NCBI GenBank assembly: GCA_002753515.1
Contig: PEAK01000009.1
Location: 19,350 to 83,349 of the forward strand
DNA from: Magnetococcales bacterium
GTDB lineage: Bacteria; Pseudomonadota; Magnetococcia; Magnetococcales; UBA8363
Direction: 5' to 3'
Length of the DNA: 64,000 bases
Under the pieces are notes generated by a model, which did not search any database, was not told the DNA's origin, and was given only the letters and a program-made list of their open reading frames with translations. The translations under genes and the position numbers were made by a program. The number at the start of each line of letters is the position of its first letter. Positions within the stretch are counted from its first letter, which is position 1. Below are positions 48,176 to 58,614 of this stretch, piece after piece.

Positions 48176-50956
48176 TTAGATTTTTTCAATCTTGATGGTA
48201 AATTCCTGCGAACGAAACCCCGCCACCACAGGTTCCACCCAATTGGGAATCAACTTGTTGGTCGCCGTCCCAATACCATAGCTCAAGCGTAACGCCTTGT
48301 TCTCCACACCAAAGGAGGAATGAAGGAACAGGGAATCGGGATGCAACTGTGCCGTCACATAGGCAGTACCAGTCGCCTGCTGCCCGGAACGACTGTTGGT
48401 CAGACGGATGGGGTCGCCCGTTTTAATTTTCAAGACCTTGGCCCGGTCGGGATGAATCCATATGCCCGTATAAATATCCTTCTTGAAGCGGTTGATGGCC
48501 GCCAGGACCGGATTGTTGCTGTTGGTGGAGCCATAGGATACGGTCGGCGTCTTACCGTAGGTGAAGTAAAACTCATTCGGCTCCAGGGCATCCGCCATGG
48601 ACTTGTTTTCCCGACACTGCGCCGGCATGGTAGATGCCAATACATTGAATGACGCCCCCTTGCCACCCATGGTCTGCAACCATTGAAACAGGGTGCCAAA
48701 AAATTCCAGGCGACCACTGGTCGTTGGAACGGCCATGTGTCGCGGCATGGAATGGGCATGCAGCAATTCATCCCGCCGCTCTTCGAAATAGATGCCCTGC
48801 TCCTTCAGTTCAGTATACAGCTTGTCGCGACTGACGTGGATCCGCTCCGCAGTCGAAGAAAAAGAGGTGTCCCGACAAGCCCGGGAAAATGGGCTGTTCA
48901 CCCCCTCCGCCTTGTATTTTTCAAAGGCCGTGCGCGTTGCCGCTGCCGGAATGCCACTCAGCCCCTCCAACATTTTGTGGAAGTTTTCATCGCTTCCACT
49001 GATGATCTGACTCATTTTCAGCAAAATATCCGGTGTTTCCAGTGTGTCATACAACGGGTCAATGGCGCGAAACCGGGTCACCAAAGCCAGATCATGGTTC
49101 ACCCCGTTGCCATAAAGCGTCGGCTCATCCCGTTCCAGGTAGGTGGGATTGGGCAGAATGACATCGGCATAGGGAACCGTGTCGGACGGCAGCACGTCCA
49201 CCAACACCACCAGTTCCATGTTTTTATGGGCCATGATCTCCTTCCAGTTGGAATCTGGATAATAATGGCGCACTGGATTGGCAGCATTAATCAAAATGGC
49301 CCGGGCCAGGTAAGGTTCACCGTTCAACATGACCTTGCCTTCCACAGCCTCACGCAAACCGGTGTCGGCCAGGGCGGGCACGGCCACCCCCTCACGCCCG
49401 GCAGCCCGTTCCTGGGCGGCGAACACAAAGGACCATGCCGGATGTTTGTGGGGAAAGGTATCGGGGTTGGACAGAGCCTTGATCAATTCCGCGACAAAGG
49501 GAACCCCCGCCATGGTTGTCATAAGCGGGCCGGGCATCGCCTTGCCCTCGCTCTTGGCCTTGTGCCAATTGGTAATCTTGTGGCGGTATTCCGCCGCCAT
49601 GATCCAGCCGCCCTTGCGATCAATACCACCCACCAACGTTTGCAACATGGCCTGCGTCCGACGCAACATGTTGATGTTGGCGTACCGCGCCCCATGCCAA
49701 CCCGGGTCAATGATGGGCCGACCGGCGTGGGAAAATTCCTCGGCGATGCGACGAATCACCTCGGCGGGAATACCCGTTACCTTGCTGGCAGCCTCCGGGG
49801 TTTTATCCTTGATCTCAAGCTTTTGTGCCTGAAACACCGTCATGACGGGTTTGCCGGCAACGGCCAAATTCTCGGCAACGGTCAACGCCGGCTTGATTTT
49901 GCGCCCCCCGACATCCAAGGCATTCTGGTTGCTGTAACTCGGCAAGGCAACGACTTCACCAGACATTTCATCCAACACCAGCGGATGCCCTGCGGGGTCG
50001 GTGGAGAGTTGCCATTGGCCGTCCGCGGCACGTTGCACCAGGAATGGTAGATTGGTGTGGTTGCGAATAAAATCGGCGTCGTACCAACCTTCCTCCATCA
50101 TCACCTGCATCACCGCAATCAAAAAGTCCAGGTCGGTCCCGGGTCTGATGCGAATCCATTCATCCGCTTTGGCAGCCGTCTCGGAAAGACGTGTGTCCAA
50201 AGCGACCACCCGCGCCCCACGCTTGCGCCCCGTCGCAAAACGCACCATGCGCGAGGTCGACACCGCGCCAATGGAAGCGTTGTTGGCGATGAACAAAATA
50301 TAATTGGCATTGTCGAAGTCAGGCAGCACTTCATCGTGAATATTGAAGTTGCCGGTCACCGAATCGGTCCCCAGATGCCCGGAAGCCACGCAATGCTGCA
50401 TCGGCGATGCCACAATGTTGGGGACGCCATTGGACAGGGCAAACGGGACCGCCCAGTTCATGTAAAACACGCAGGAGGTCCACCCCCCCACCATGGTCCA
50501 CTCCCACGGCTGAATCTTGGCAGCCTTGGACTTGGACTCGATATAACTCCAAGCCTCCGCCCAAGTAGCCGTCCGGAATTTCCCTTCGCCGCGCTTACTC
50601 CCTTCAACCCGTATCATCGGCGTTTTGATCCGATCCACATCATAGACCTGCCGGACACCAGCCTGACCACGGGCACACATCTTGCCGCGATTCAGGGTTG
50701 AATTGGGGTTGCCGTCCAATTTGACAATCCGCCGATCCTTCCCCTTGCCAACCACCGTTGCCTTGATGTTGCACAAGGATGAACAAAAATTACAAATACT
50801 GTGTACCACCTCCTCTTGGTTTTGATCCTTATCCTTCACTGTCGCCCAGGCCTCGCTGACCAAATCGAGAGGCTTGAGAAGACTCAACCCGGCCAAACCA
50901 CCACCGGTTGCCCACATGAAACCACGTCTTGTCAATTTTGGATAATGCCATGCCAT
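48176..50956 (-). CDS. Tat-exported Mo/W-bisPGD catalytic subunit, polysulfide/thiosulfate/sulfur reductase (PsrA/PhsA/SreA) group
   Basis: TRRGFM Tat signal; Fe-S motif CNFCSSLC..MCARG; Cys at the Mo-ligand position (PMQHCVAS); YADVILP. Substrate not determinable by eye. Confidence 0.85.
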   Translation of the reverse strand: MAWHYPKLTRRGFMWATGGGLAGLSLLKPLDLVSEAWATVKDKDQNQEEVVHSICNFCSSLCNIKATVVGKGKDRRIVKLDGNPNSTLNRGKMCARGQAGVRQVYDVDRIKTPMIRVEGSKRGEGKFRTATWAEAWSYIESKSKAAKIQPWEWTMVGGWTSCVFYMNWAVPFALSNGVPNIVASPMQHCVASGHLGTDSVTGNFNIHDEVLPDFDNANYILFIANNASIGAVSTSRMVRFATGRKRGARVVALDTRLSETAAKADEWIRIRPGTDLDFLIAVMQVMMEEGWYDADFIRNHTNLPFLVQRAADGQWQLSTDPAGHPLVLDEMSGEVVALPSYSNQNALDVGGRKIKPALTVAENLAVAGKPVMTVFQAQKLEIKDKTPEAASKVTGIPAEVIRRIAEEFSHAGRPIIDPGWHGARYANINMLRRTQAMLQTLVGGIDRKGGWIMAAEYRHKITNWHKAKSEGKAMPGPLMTTMAGVPFVAELIKALSNPDTFPHKHPAWSFVFAAQERAAGREGVAVPALADTGLREAVEGKVMLNGEPYLARAILINAANPVRHYYPDSNWKEIMAHKNMELVVLVDVLPSDTVPYADVILPNPTYLERDEPTLYGNGVNHDLALVTRFRAIDPLYDTLETPDILLKMSQIISGSDENFHKMLEGLSGIPAAATRTAFEKYKAEGVNSPFSRACRDTSFSSTAERIHVSRDKLYTELKEQGIYFEERRDELLHAHSMPRHMAVPTTSGRLEFFGTLFQWLQTMGGKGASFNVLASTMPAQCRENKSMADALEPNEFYFTYGKTPTVSYGSTNSNNPVLAAINRFKKDIYTGIWIHPDRAKVLKIKTGDPIRLTNSRSGQQATGTAYVTAQLHPDSLFLHSSFGVENKALRLSYGIGTATNKLIPNWVEPVVAGFRSQEFTIKIEKI

Positions 50957-51013
50957 TCCCTGTTCTCCCAGTCTTGTTCACCCTGAATGATCGGTTCACA
51001 TCCTCACTACTTG

Positions 51014-51028
51014 TCAAGCTTTGTGCCA
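51014..51028 (-). promoter_or_regulatory. Putative sigma54 -24/-12 promoter of the molybdoenzyme operon
   Basis: The minus strand reads TGGCAC-AAAGC-TTGA (consensus TGGCAC-N5-TTGC), 57 bp upstream of the ATG and next to a divergent sigma54 activator. Confidence 0.65.
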
Positions 51029-51223
51029 AAACCGAGAAAAATATGCGTCATTGATTGACTATGCAGATAATTTATTGTTAAAATTGTCAAATTACATACC
51101 ATCCCGAGTACCTGTCCATGCCGACTGCGACCTTTTCCCAGGGAGAATGATCCCGCCAACTGTCTTTCGTGGCAGTTGCGAACACCCCTAACTGACAACC
51201 GTGACAAAGTGACCCCCCCTTCC

Positions 51224-52615
51224 ATGTCCCAAAATCCGATTCCCGAACCCATCACCACCCTTCCCTTACAGGATCTCCTGGACAGCTATGCCGAACCGGC
51301 CATCCTCATGGACAAACACTATGTGATTCACGGATGCAACTCTGCCTACGTCACGCAATTCGGCCAGGTGAATTTGTCCAAGGGATTAAAATGTTATGAA
51401 GTGTCCCATTCCTTTGCCAAACCATGCGACCAGGAGGGGGAATCCTGTCCCATGCTGGCCTGTGTCGATTCAGGTCTGCCCGACAGACTCATGCATGTTC
51501 ACGTCACCTCCCGTGGTCGCGAATATGTCGAAGTCGAAATGCGGCCTATCGCCATACACGGTGGCAAACCAGAATTTTTCCTGGAAATACTCAAACCCAG
51601 CCATATCGCCCAAGCCACGCCCTCACCAGTCGGCCTGGTAGGTGCCTCGGAACCGTTCAACCAGATGCTGGATCTGATCCGACGCGTCGCCCCCAGTCGG
51701 GTATCGGTCTTTTTATCCGGTGCCTCCGGAACCGGAAAAGAAGTCGTCGCACGCGCCATCCACGATGCATCCGACCGTTCTGACAAACCTTTTGTCCCGG
51801 TGGAATGTTCGGGGCTCACAGAATCTTTGTTTGAAAGTGAATTGTTTGGTCACGAAAAAGGGGCCTTTACCGGTGCCTACTCCAACAAGAAGGGGCTCGT
51901 TGAAGCGGCTCATGGCGGTACTTTGTTTCTCGATGAGATTGGCGACGTCCCCATGCCGTTACAGGTCAAACTGCTCAGACTCCTTGAAACCAAAACCTAC
52001 CGCAAGGTGGGTAGCGTCGATACCCGGCATACCGATTTCCGTCTGATCTCCGCCACCAATCAGGACCTGACATCCATGGTGGAATCAGGAACCTTCCGTC
52101 TGGACCTTTACTACCGCATTTCTGTTTTCCCCATTCATATCCCATCACTCAGCGAACGCAAAAAAGATATCCCCCTGCTGATTGAAACCTTGCTACAACG
52201 GATGGAAGGATTTCGAGGCTTCGGTATCACGACCCAAGCCGTTGAGGCTCTACAAAACTATGATTTCCCAGGAAATATACGGGAACTGCTCAACTTTCTG
52301 GAACGCGCTTCGCTGTTGGCGGAAAACAAACCCATCGATATCAAGCATCTGCCGCAGGTGTGCCAAATCATGCCATCCGCATCCAACTCGGAAGAAGAAA
52401 ACCTGGATGATACCATCCTTTCCCTCAAGGAGGTTGAACGACGCTATATCAAACGGGTTCTTACTCGAAACCAGGAAGATCGGCGTGTTTTAGCGGAAAA
52501 ATTAGGTGTCAGTGAGCGCACTCTGTATCGCAAGATCGAAGAGGCCAACCTGGGGGGGACCGGCGAACCATCCCCATCCGCAGGTGACAACAGTCCGGAT
52601 GCCGCCGAATTGTGA
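51224..52615 (+). CDS. Sigma54-dependent activator (PAS, AAA+, Fis-HTH)
   Basis: GASGTGKE, ESELFGHEKGAFTGA, LFLDEIG, FRLDLYYR, FPGNIREL and LGVSERTLYRK. Confidence 0.95.
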   Translation: MSQNPIPEPITTLPLQDLLDSYAEPAILMDKHYVIHGCNSAYVTQFGQVNLSKGLKCYEVSHSFAKPCDQEGESCPMLACVDSGLPDRLMHVHVTSRGREYVEVEMRPIAIHGGKPEFFLEILKPSHIAQATPSPVGLVGASEPFNQMLDLIRRVAPSRVSVFLSGASGTGKEVVARAIHDASDRSDKPFVPVECSGLTESLFESELFGHEKGAFTGAYSNKKGLVEAAHGGTLFLDEIGDVPMPLQVKLLRLLETKTYRKVGSVDTRHTDFRLISATNQDLTSMVESGTFRLDLYYRISVFPIHIPSLSERKKDIPLLIETLLQRMEGFRGFGITTQAVEALQNYDFPGNIRELLNFLERASLLAENKPIDIKHLPQVCQIMPSASNSEEENLDDTILSLKEVERRYIKRVLTRNQEDRRVLAEKLGVSERTLYRKIEEANLGGTGEPSPSAGDNSPDAAEL

Positions 52616-52639
52616 TTTTTCAAAGCATGGCGGGGATGG

Positions 52640-53248
52640 TCAATAAATATACAATTCATCAAAAGTGCGGACAGTTCGCAACAATTCCAGCAGTGGCTGT
52701 TGCAGCTCTCCGGGCGATTGCACAGCGCCAATCCGTCGCAGATTGTTGATAATCAAACCCCACGTTTCCAAATGATCCATGTCGATCTGCGCCGCCAATA
52801 CCGACATGGCTTCAAAGGAGACAATGGCCATATTGGCATTTTCGCTCATTTTTTTTGCCATTTGTTCAGAAATTCCCCGTTCCGATAGATCCTGCTCGGT
52901 ACGCGTCAAGGCATGGGGCAGGGACAATACCCCCTTGGTTGTAACGCTTTCGACAACCACCAAAGGACGTATCAACGAGGCAATGGCGCTACGCAACGCA
53001 AATTTGTGGCCGCGCATTGCTTGAATGGTGGAACGCTTTTCGTAGATGGCAAAGACCACCACCAAAAACGCCCCTTGCAAACAAAATCCAATCAATTGCG
53101 GCAACAAACTCAAGCTCAAACTGGCCGCCGAATACAACCACAGGGTCAAAAACGGTGCCGATGCAAAAAAAATCACCAGAAAAATCAAATACAGGGCCAA
53201 AATACCCCTGACAAACGCCATGTGCCGACCAAACCGGGGGGGAATCAT
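52640..53248 (-). CDS. Hypothetical membrane protein
   Basis: Two N-terminal hydrophobic helices and a soluble helical C-terminus. Confidence 0.6.
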   Translation of the reverse strand: MIPPRFGRHMAFVRGILALYLIFLVIFFASAPFLTLWLYSAASLSLSLLPQLIGFCLQGAFLVVVFAIYEKRSTIQAMRGHKFALRSAIASLIRPLVVVESVTTKGVLSLPHALTRTEQDLSERGISEQMAKKMSENANMAIVSFEAMSVLAAQIDMDHLETWGLIINNLRRIGAVQSPGELQQPLLELLRTVRTFDELYIY

Positions 53249-53276
53249 AAGCTACCTCCTTGTGGCTAACAGCTTG

Positions 53277-53585
53277 CTACTGGCATGACTTTGGAACAGC
53301 GAGCATGCACGATTCCAGCGTATATCCACACAAAACGATGGCGCCATGATGCAGGCTCCAATCGCCGTCCAGATACCTGAATTCATAGACCCGCCGCAAT
53401 ACCAAACGCCCACGTTCATTGCGTTGGATCCCCATATGACTCAATGCCACCGTATCATCCACCAACTCAACGCCCATGCTCCGACACACTTCCCGGGCCG
53501 TTTCATGGCATTGTTCCCGAGCTTTCATACTGGCATACCAAATCCAGCCTATCAAAACCAGTATACCTGTCGCCATCAGGTCCAT
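53277..53585 (-). CDS. DUF3301 family membrane protein
   Basis: TM helix followed by AREVC..LVDDTVAL..RRVYEFRY. Confidence 0.8.
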   Translation of the reverse strand: MDLMATGILVLIGWIWYASMKAREQCHETAREVCRSMGVELVDDTVALSHMGIQRNERGRLVLRRVYEFRYLDGDWSLHHGAIVLCGYTLESCMLAVPKSCQ

Positions 53586-53605
53586 TCCGCGTTTCCATTC
53601 AGGAT

Positions 53606-54256
53606 TTAAATTTTGGCCAAGTCTTCCTGCCCCACATCAGCAACCAGCAGACGGGATTTGATTTTTTCCAGGACCATCTCGGTACACGTCTCTACCGAAT
53701 CCTCCCCGGTCTTAAGAAGCAAATCGGGACGGATCGGCTCCTCATAAGGAGATGATATTCCGGTAAAATCATCTATTTCCCCCGCCCGTGCCCTCTTATA
53801 GAGCCCCTTGGAATCCCTGGATTCACAAATGTCCAGGGGACAGTCACAAAACACCTCAATAAAATCCCCGGCGGCCATAAGGTTTCGTACCTTTTGTCGA
53901 TCCGCCCGGAACGGTGAAATAAAAGCGGCCAGGACGATAACCCCTGCCTGAGTCAGCAGCTTGGCCGCCTCACCAACGCGGCGAATGTTTTCGCTCCGAT
54001 CCCTGTGAGAAAATCCAAGGTCAGCGCACAACCCATGGCGAACATTATCACCATCCAGTGCAAATGTCCGATACCCCCATTTATAGAGCCGTTCCTCCAA
54101 CGCATAGACCAAGGTCGATTTCCCTGACCCGGACAACCCGGTAAACCAAACCAGAAAACTGCGGTGCCCTTGCAAACGTTCACGCTCATCGCGCGAAATG
54201 GACATGACCTGCCAGATGGTATTCGTACTTTTTTGGTTCATCTCTTTTTCAGGCAT
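53606..54256 (-). CDS. cysC: Adenylyl-sulfate (APS) kinase
   Basis: WFTGLSGSGKST, LDGDNVRHGL, ENIRRVGE and FTGISSPYEEP. Confidence 0.96.
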   Translation of the reverse strand: MPEKEMNQKSTNTIWQVMSISRDERERLQGHRSFLVWFTGLSGSGKSTLVYALEERLYKWGYRTFALDGDNVRHGLCADLGFSHRDRSENIRRVGEAAKLLTQAGVIVLAAFISPFRADRQKVRNLMAAGDFIEVFCDCPLDICESRDSKGLYKRARAGEIDDFTGISSPYEEPIRPDLLLKTGEDSVETCTEMVLEKIKSRLLVADVGQEDLAKI

Positions 54257-54266
54257 GATTCGCTGC

Positions 54267-54476
54267 TCAACGTCCATTGCTGGATGCAAAAATGACCGCC
54301 AATTGATCTTTAATCTGCAATTTCCTCTTTTTCAAACGTTCCACCGCAAACTGGTCCATCGTACGACCTGAATCAGCAATCTGCATTTTCAAGGATTGAT
54401 GCTCTTCGTACAATGTCCGGAATTCATCGTTCTTCGCCAGAAGGTCCTTGACCCGATCAGATTGATCCTCAAACAT
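54267..54476 (-). CDS. DUF465/YdcH family small protein
   Basis: F..LYEEH..L..I..LKKRKLQIKDQL pattern. Confidence 0.8.
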   Translation of the reverse strand: MFEDQSDRVKDLLAKNDEFRTLYEEHQSLKMQIADSGRTMDQFAVERLKKRKLQIKDQLAVIFASSNGR

Positions 54477-54584
54477 TTTGAACCCCCATTCCTTGTTTAA
54501 TTTGACTCATCATGGTCGGCCATCGCAACACCAGCACCCAAGACAAATACAAAATATTCATCCCCAATAAAAACATAAAGAGTA

Positions 54585-55103
54585 TCACGCAGGTTCATTC
54601 GACGCCATCCCATCGTCCTCTGGTGATAAATCTCCTGCGCGACCCAGACGAACGGCCTCCCTGGCGAGCCAGTCGGCCTTCTCATTATCCGGATGACCAG
54701 CATGACCCTTGACCCATCGCCATTCTATATCATGTTTTTGGCACACTGCGTCCAATCTTTTCCATAAATCACTATTGGATACCGGCTTGCCATCAGATTT
54801 CAACCATCCCCGCCGTTTCCAATTCGGCATCCACTGCGTCATACCATTTTGAACATAGGCGGAATCGGTAACCAGAACCACACGGCAACTGCGTTTGAGC
54901 GCCTCCAACCCGCAGATCGCCGCCATCAATTCCATACGATTATTGGTCGTGTCAACATGATAGCCACAAAGATGCTTTTCATGCTCTCCGTAACGTAAGA
55001 CCACACCCCATCCACCAGGACCAGGGTTACCACTGCAGGCACCATCGGTAATAATGGAAACTGTTTTTTGATCTGTAGATGGTTGCGAACCGGGCCTGTG
55101 CAA
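54585..55103 (-). CDS. rnhA: Ribonuclease HI
   Basis: [26 protein letters not shown] and [15 protein letters not shown]. Confidence 0.97.
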   Translation of the reverse strand: MHRPGSQPSTDQKTVSIITDGACSGNPGPGGWGVVLRYGEHEKHLCGYHVDTTNNRMELMAAICGLEALKRSCRVVLVTDSAYVQNGMTQWMPNWKRRGWLKSDGKPVSNSDLWKRLDAVCQKHDIEWRWVKGHAGHPDNEKADWLAREAVRLGRAGDLSPEDDGMASNEPA

Positions 55104-55217
55104 TGTTTAATTTCCGAACCAGGATAGGAGTGCCACAGACGATCCCACTATGATATACAATTGCGACCGCAGTCTGGAAGACTTCATTTGGGATCTTACC
55201 ACAAAGGATGGAAACTC

Positions 55218-56228
55218 ATGGCAAACGTTCTCGTGACAGGGGTGGCTGGATTTATCGGCTTTCACTTGGCAAAACACCTCCTGGCCAGAGAAGATCATGT
55301 CGTTGGACTTGATAATATGAATAATTATTATGCCCCACAATTGAAACATGATCGTCTCGATATATTGTTGAAGCACCATAATTTTAAATTTTCCGCCATG
55401 GATCTGGCTGATCGCAAATCTTTGCAGCAACTATTCCATCAGTACCGTTTTGACAAGGTCGTCAATCTCGCAGCCCAGGCAGGCGTTCGCTATTCCGTTG
55501 AAAATCCGGATACATACATTCAAAGCAATCTGCTGGGATTTGCCAACCTCCTCGAAGATTGCAAAAAGCACCAGGTCGGTCATCTGGTATTTGCTTCCTC
55601 ATCATCGGTTTACGGTGCCAATACCCGCATGCCCTTTTCGGTCCATCAAAACGTCGATCATCCCCTTTCCCTCTACGCCGCGACCAAAAAAGCAAACGAA
55701 CTCATGGCACACTCTTATGCCCACCTGTTTGCCCTGCCGGCCACCGGTTTGCGTTTTTTTACCGTCTATGGACCCTGGGGGCGACCCGACATGGCATTGT
55801 TCAAATTTACCCGTGCCATACTCGCCGATCAGCCGATGGATATCTTTAACCATGGAAATATGAAACGAGACTTCACTTACATCGATGACATCATCGAAGG
55901 CATCGTCCGGGTCATGGACCGACCGCCAGCTCCCAATAGCCGTTGGGATAGCAACAACCCCGATCCCGCCTCCAGCAAGGCCCCTTACCGCATCTACAAC
56001 ATCGGCAACAATAATCCCGTTGAACTCATGCGCTACATCGAAGCCTTGGAACACTCCCTGGGCAAAAAAGGAATCAAAAACATGTTACCCATGCAAATGG
56101 GTGATGTTCCGGCAACCTGGGCCGACACGGATGATCTGATGGCCGACATCGGATTCCAACCTCAGACCTCTATCGAAACTGGAATCGAGCAGTTCGTGCG
56201 CTGGTACCGTGATTATTACCAAGTGTAA
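55218..56228 (+). CDS. NAD-dependent epimerase (UDP-glucuronate 4-epimerase type)
   Basis: [23 protein letters not shown] and [15 protein letters not shown]. Confidence 0.93.
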   Translation: MANVLVTGVAGFIGFHLAKHLLAREDHVVGLDNMNNYYAPQLKHDRLDILLKHHNFKFSAMDLADRKSLQQLFHQYRFDKVVNLAAQAGVRYSVENPDTYIQSNLLGFANLLEDCKKHQVGHLVFASSSSVYGANTRMPFSVHQNVDHPLSLYAATKKANELMAHSYAHLFALPATGLRFFTVYGPWGRPDMALFKFTRAILADQPMDIFNHGNMKRDFTYIDDIIEGIVRVMDRPPAPNSRWDSNNPDPASSKAPYRIYNIGNNNPVELMRYIEALEHSLGKKGIKNMLPMQMGDVPATWADTDDLMADIGFQPQTSIETGIEQFVRWYRDYYQV

Positions 56229-56262
56229 CACCGCATCCAGACAGATACGCGAGCATGCCGAC

Positions 56263-57414
56263 ATGAACACATCCACCCCTTGGCCCAGCGATAAAGAACC
56301 CATGACCCAGAATCTCACGCAGGTCTCCGTCCTGGAGCCTTTGGTCGGGACCATGATGGAATGGTTCGCATACCTGGCACCCTCCGGATTTCCAAAAGCG
56401 ATCCTGTTCCGATTCGCCGACCGGCTCCCAGCCCCTCTGGCCTCTTTAAGCCCCGAAAAATTCCTCACCCTTTTCGATCTTATGGATAAAGCTGGTTTGG
56501 TCATCCACGCCAAAACCGAAGTCCATCTTTTTGCGCCGGTACTGAAGGTTGTTCAGGAAACCCTTCCCATTCCCCGCATCCAACACGCCATCCAGAATGC
56601 AGGAAGAGTGTTATTGGCCACTCTTGCCACCGGCGACACATCACCCATGGGTCACCACGAAATAAACCGGCTTGCCTGGCATGTGCAAATGCTCGCGGCA
56701 AACGCCTTGAAATCACAAGATACCTCTCTGGCCACCCAGTTACTGCAATGGTTGGACCGTGCAGGTCGACTGCTCATCGACCCATGGCCCGATCGTGCCA
56801 TCAATGCGCACCAAAGCGCGTTGAACCTATCGCGACAAATCCTGGGATCGCATCACCCTCTGACGATCACCCGTCTCAACAATCTCGGGGAAACATGGCG
56901 GCGCCTCGGGGAATTCTCCCAGGCCGAACAGTGTCTTCTTAGCGCCCTCTCCCTGCAACAACAGCACCTGAAAGGACATCGGCACCTCCAGGCCAACTGC
57001 CTGGGCAATCTTGGCCTGCTCAAAATGGACCAGAACCAACTGGCGGATGCTCGTAACAACCTGACTCAAGCCTGGTCCTTTGCCAGTGTCACACGGGGTT
57101 TGGATGATCCCCTGGTGTTCCTGTGCATCAACAACCTGGCAAAAATTGGGACCATCCTAAACGACAACGAACACGTCATTCAACTGATACATCAAGCCTT
57201 GGCAAGGCACAACAAGGTCAGCCGCATCGGATCGCACCTGAATATTGCCATCATTCTGAACAACCTTGCCATCGTGGAAAACAAAGCGGGCCATTTGGAA
57301 GTAGCCCGGGAAACCTCCAGAAAAGCCGCCGCCATGGCCCGCCATTGCCTTCCCAACGGCCACCCCCAACTCACCCGATTCATCAGCCAAAACGCCTCCC
57401 GACCGATCCCGTAA
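56263..57414 (+). CDS. Tetratricopeptide-repeat protein (start uncertain)
   Basis: HPLT..LNNLG, LGNLG, INNLA and LNNLA TPR motifs. Confidence 0.75.
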   Translation: MNTSTPWPSDKEPMTQNLTQVSVLEPLVGTMMEWFAYLAPSGFPKAILFRFADRLPAPLASLSPEKFLTLFDLMDKAGLVIHAKTEVHLFAPVLKVVQETLPIPRIQHAIQNAGRVLLATLATGDTSPMGHHEINRLAWHVQMLAANALKSQDTSLATQLLQWLDRAGRLLIDPWPDRAINAHQSALNLSRQILGSHHPLTITRLNNLGETWRRLGEFSQAEQCLLSALSLQQQHLKGHRHLQANCLGNLGLLKMDQNQLADARNNLTQAWSFASVTRGLDDPLVFLCINNLAKIGTILNDNEHVIQLIHQALARHNKVSRIGSHLNIAIILNNLAIVENKAGHLEVARETSRKAAAMARHCLPNGHPQLTRFISQNASRPIP

Positions 57415-57484
57415 GAAAAAATACGACCTTTCGTTGCAGCGCTGCCTCGGGCACTGCCCATACCCGTCATTTCCCCGCACAAAG

Positions 57485-57508
57485 AAAAACCCCGGCGCAT
57501 GGCCGGGG
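57485..57508 (-). terminator. Rho-independent terminator after phaC
   Basis: CCCCGGC/GCCGGGG stem with an A-tract on the plus strand (U-tract on minus). Confidence 0.7.
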
Positions 57509-57546
57509 CATTTCCTACTAAATACAACACGACAACATCGGCGCTA

Positions 57547-58611
57547 TCAACCGTGTGCTTTGATCCAGGTCGCAATAGCTGGCGGTACTTCTGCCATGGA
57601 ACGGCCAGAAGTAAAAATACCAATATGGCCACCCTTGAAGGGGAATTCAGAATAATCCCTGCTGTTGGCATACTTCCCCAGAGCTTGTGAAGCGGGGGGG
57701 GGAACCAGGTGATCCTTGGTTGCGAACACATTGAAAACCGGCATGGTGATGTTTTTCATATCCACCCGTTTGCCACCAATGCGCACTTCACCCTTGATCA
57801 ATTTGTTATCCTGGAAGAAATCCTTGACAAACTGACGGAAGGTTTCGCCCGGTTGGTCGGGGGAATCGAAAATCCACTTTTCCATCCGCAAAAAGTTCAT
57901 CAGCCCCGTTGGATCATCCAGGGTCGGAATCATATCCAGATATTTCTGACCCGTAAGACGATACGGATTCATGGTCAGGAAGGTGAAATTCAACAGATCA
58001 CCCGAAACATTGCCCATGGCATCAACGATCAGATCAACATCCAAATCCTTGCCCCAGGATCCCAACACATTTTTGCCCCCGTGAAAATCGACCGGGGTCA
58101 CCACTGTCACCAGGTTTTTAACCTTTTCAGGATACAGCGAGGTAAAACAAATGCTGAACGTCCCACCCTGGCAAATGCCCAATATGTTGATGCTCGGCAG
58201 ATCGTATTTGGCGCAGATGAAATCGACACAACGACGAACATAGCCATTGATGTGATCGTCCAACTCCTGGTAGCGGTCCGATGCATCGGGATAGCCCCAG
58301 TCGATGATGTACACATCCAACCCCTGATCCAGCAAACCACGGATCAAGGACCGGTCTTCCTGCATATCTGCCACATAGGGGCGGTTGACCAAGGCATAGA
58401 TCACCAACACCGGGATGGCATGCGGCTTTTCCACCCGCGGGGTGTAATGGTACAGGACAACCTTGTCCTCTTCGTAGGCCGCTTCCTTGGCACTAATCCC
58501 CTCACTGATGGGTCCAAGCTCACTCAAGACCTTCATACCACCGGCCAAGTGCTTGTAGTATTGGTTCAATTCCTTGGCTGCTGCCTCGGGTTTAATATTG
58601 AACGGCGTCAT
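57547..58611 (-). CDS. phaC: Class III PHA synthase subunit PhaC
   Basis: YALVNRPY, catalytic box GICQGG, FLRMEKWIFDSPDQ, DHLVPP and GGHIG. Confidence 0.96.
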   Translation of the reverse strand: MTPFNIKPEAAAKELNQYYKHLAGGMKVLSELGPISEGISAKEAAYEEDKVVLYHYTPRVEKPHAIPVLVIYALVNRPYVADMQEDRSLIRGLLDQGLDVYIIDWGYPDASDRYQELDDHINGYVRRCVDFICAKYDLPSINILGICQGGTFSICFTSLYPEKVKNLVTVVTPVDFHGGKNVLGSWGKDLDVDLIVDAMGNVSGDLLNFTFLTMNPYRLTGQKYLDMIPTLDDPTGLMNFLRMEKWIFDSPDQPGETFRQFVKDFFQDNKLIKGEVRIGGKRVDMKNITMPVFNVFATKDHLVPPPASQALGKYANSRDYSEFPFKGGHIGIFTSGRSMAEVPPAIATWIKAHG

Positions 58612-58614
58612 GGA

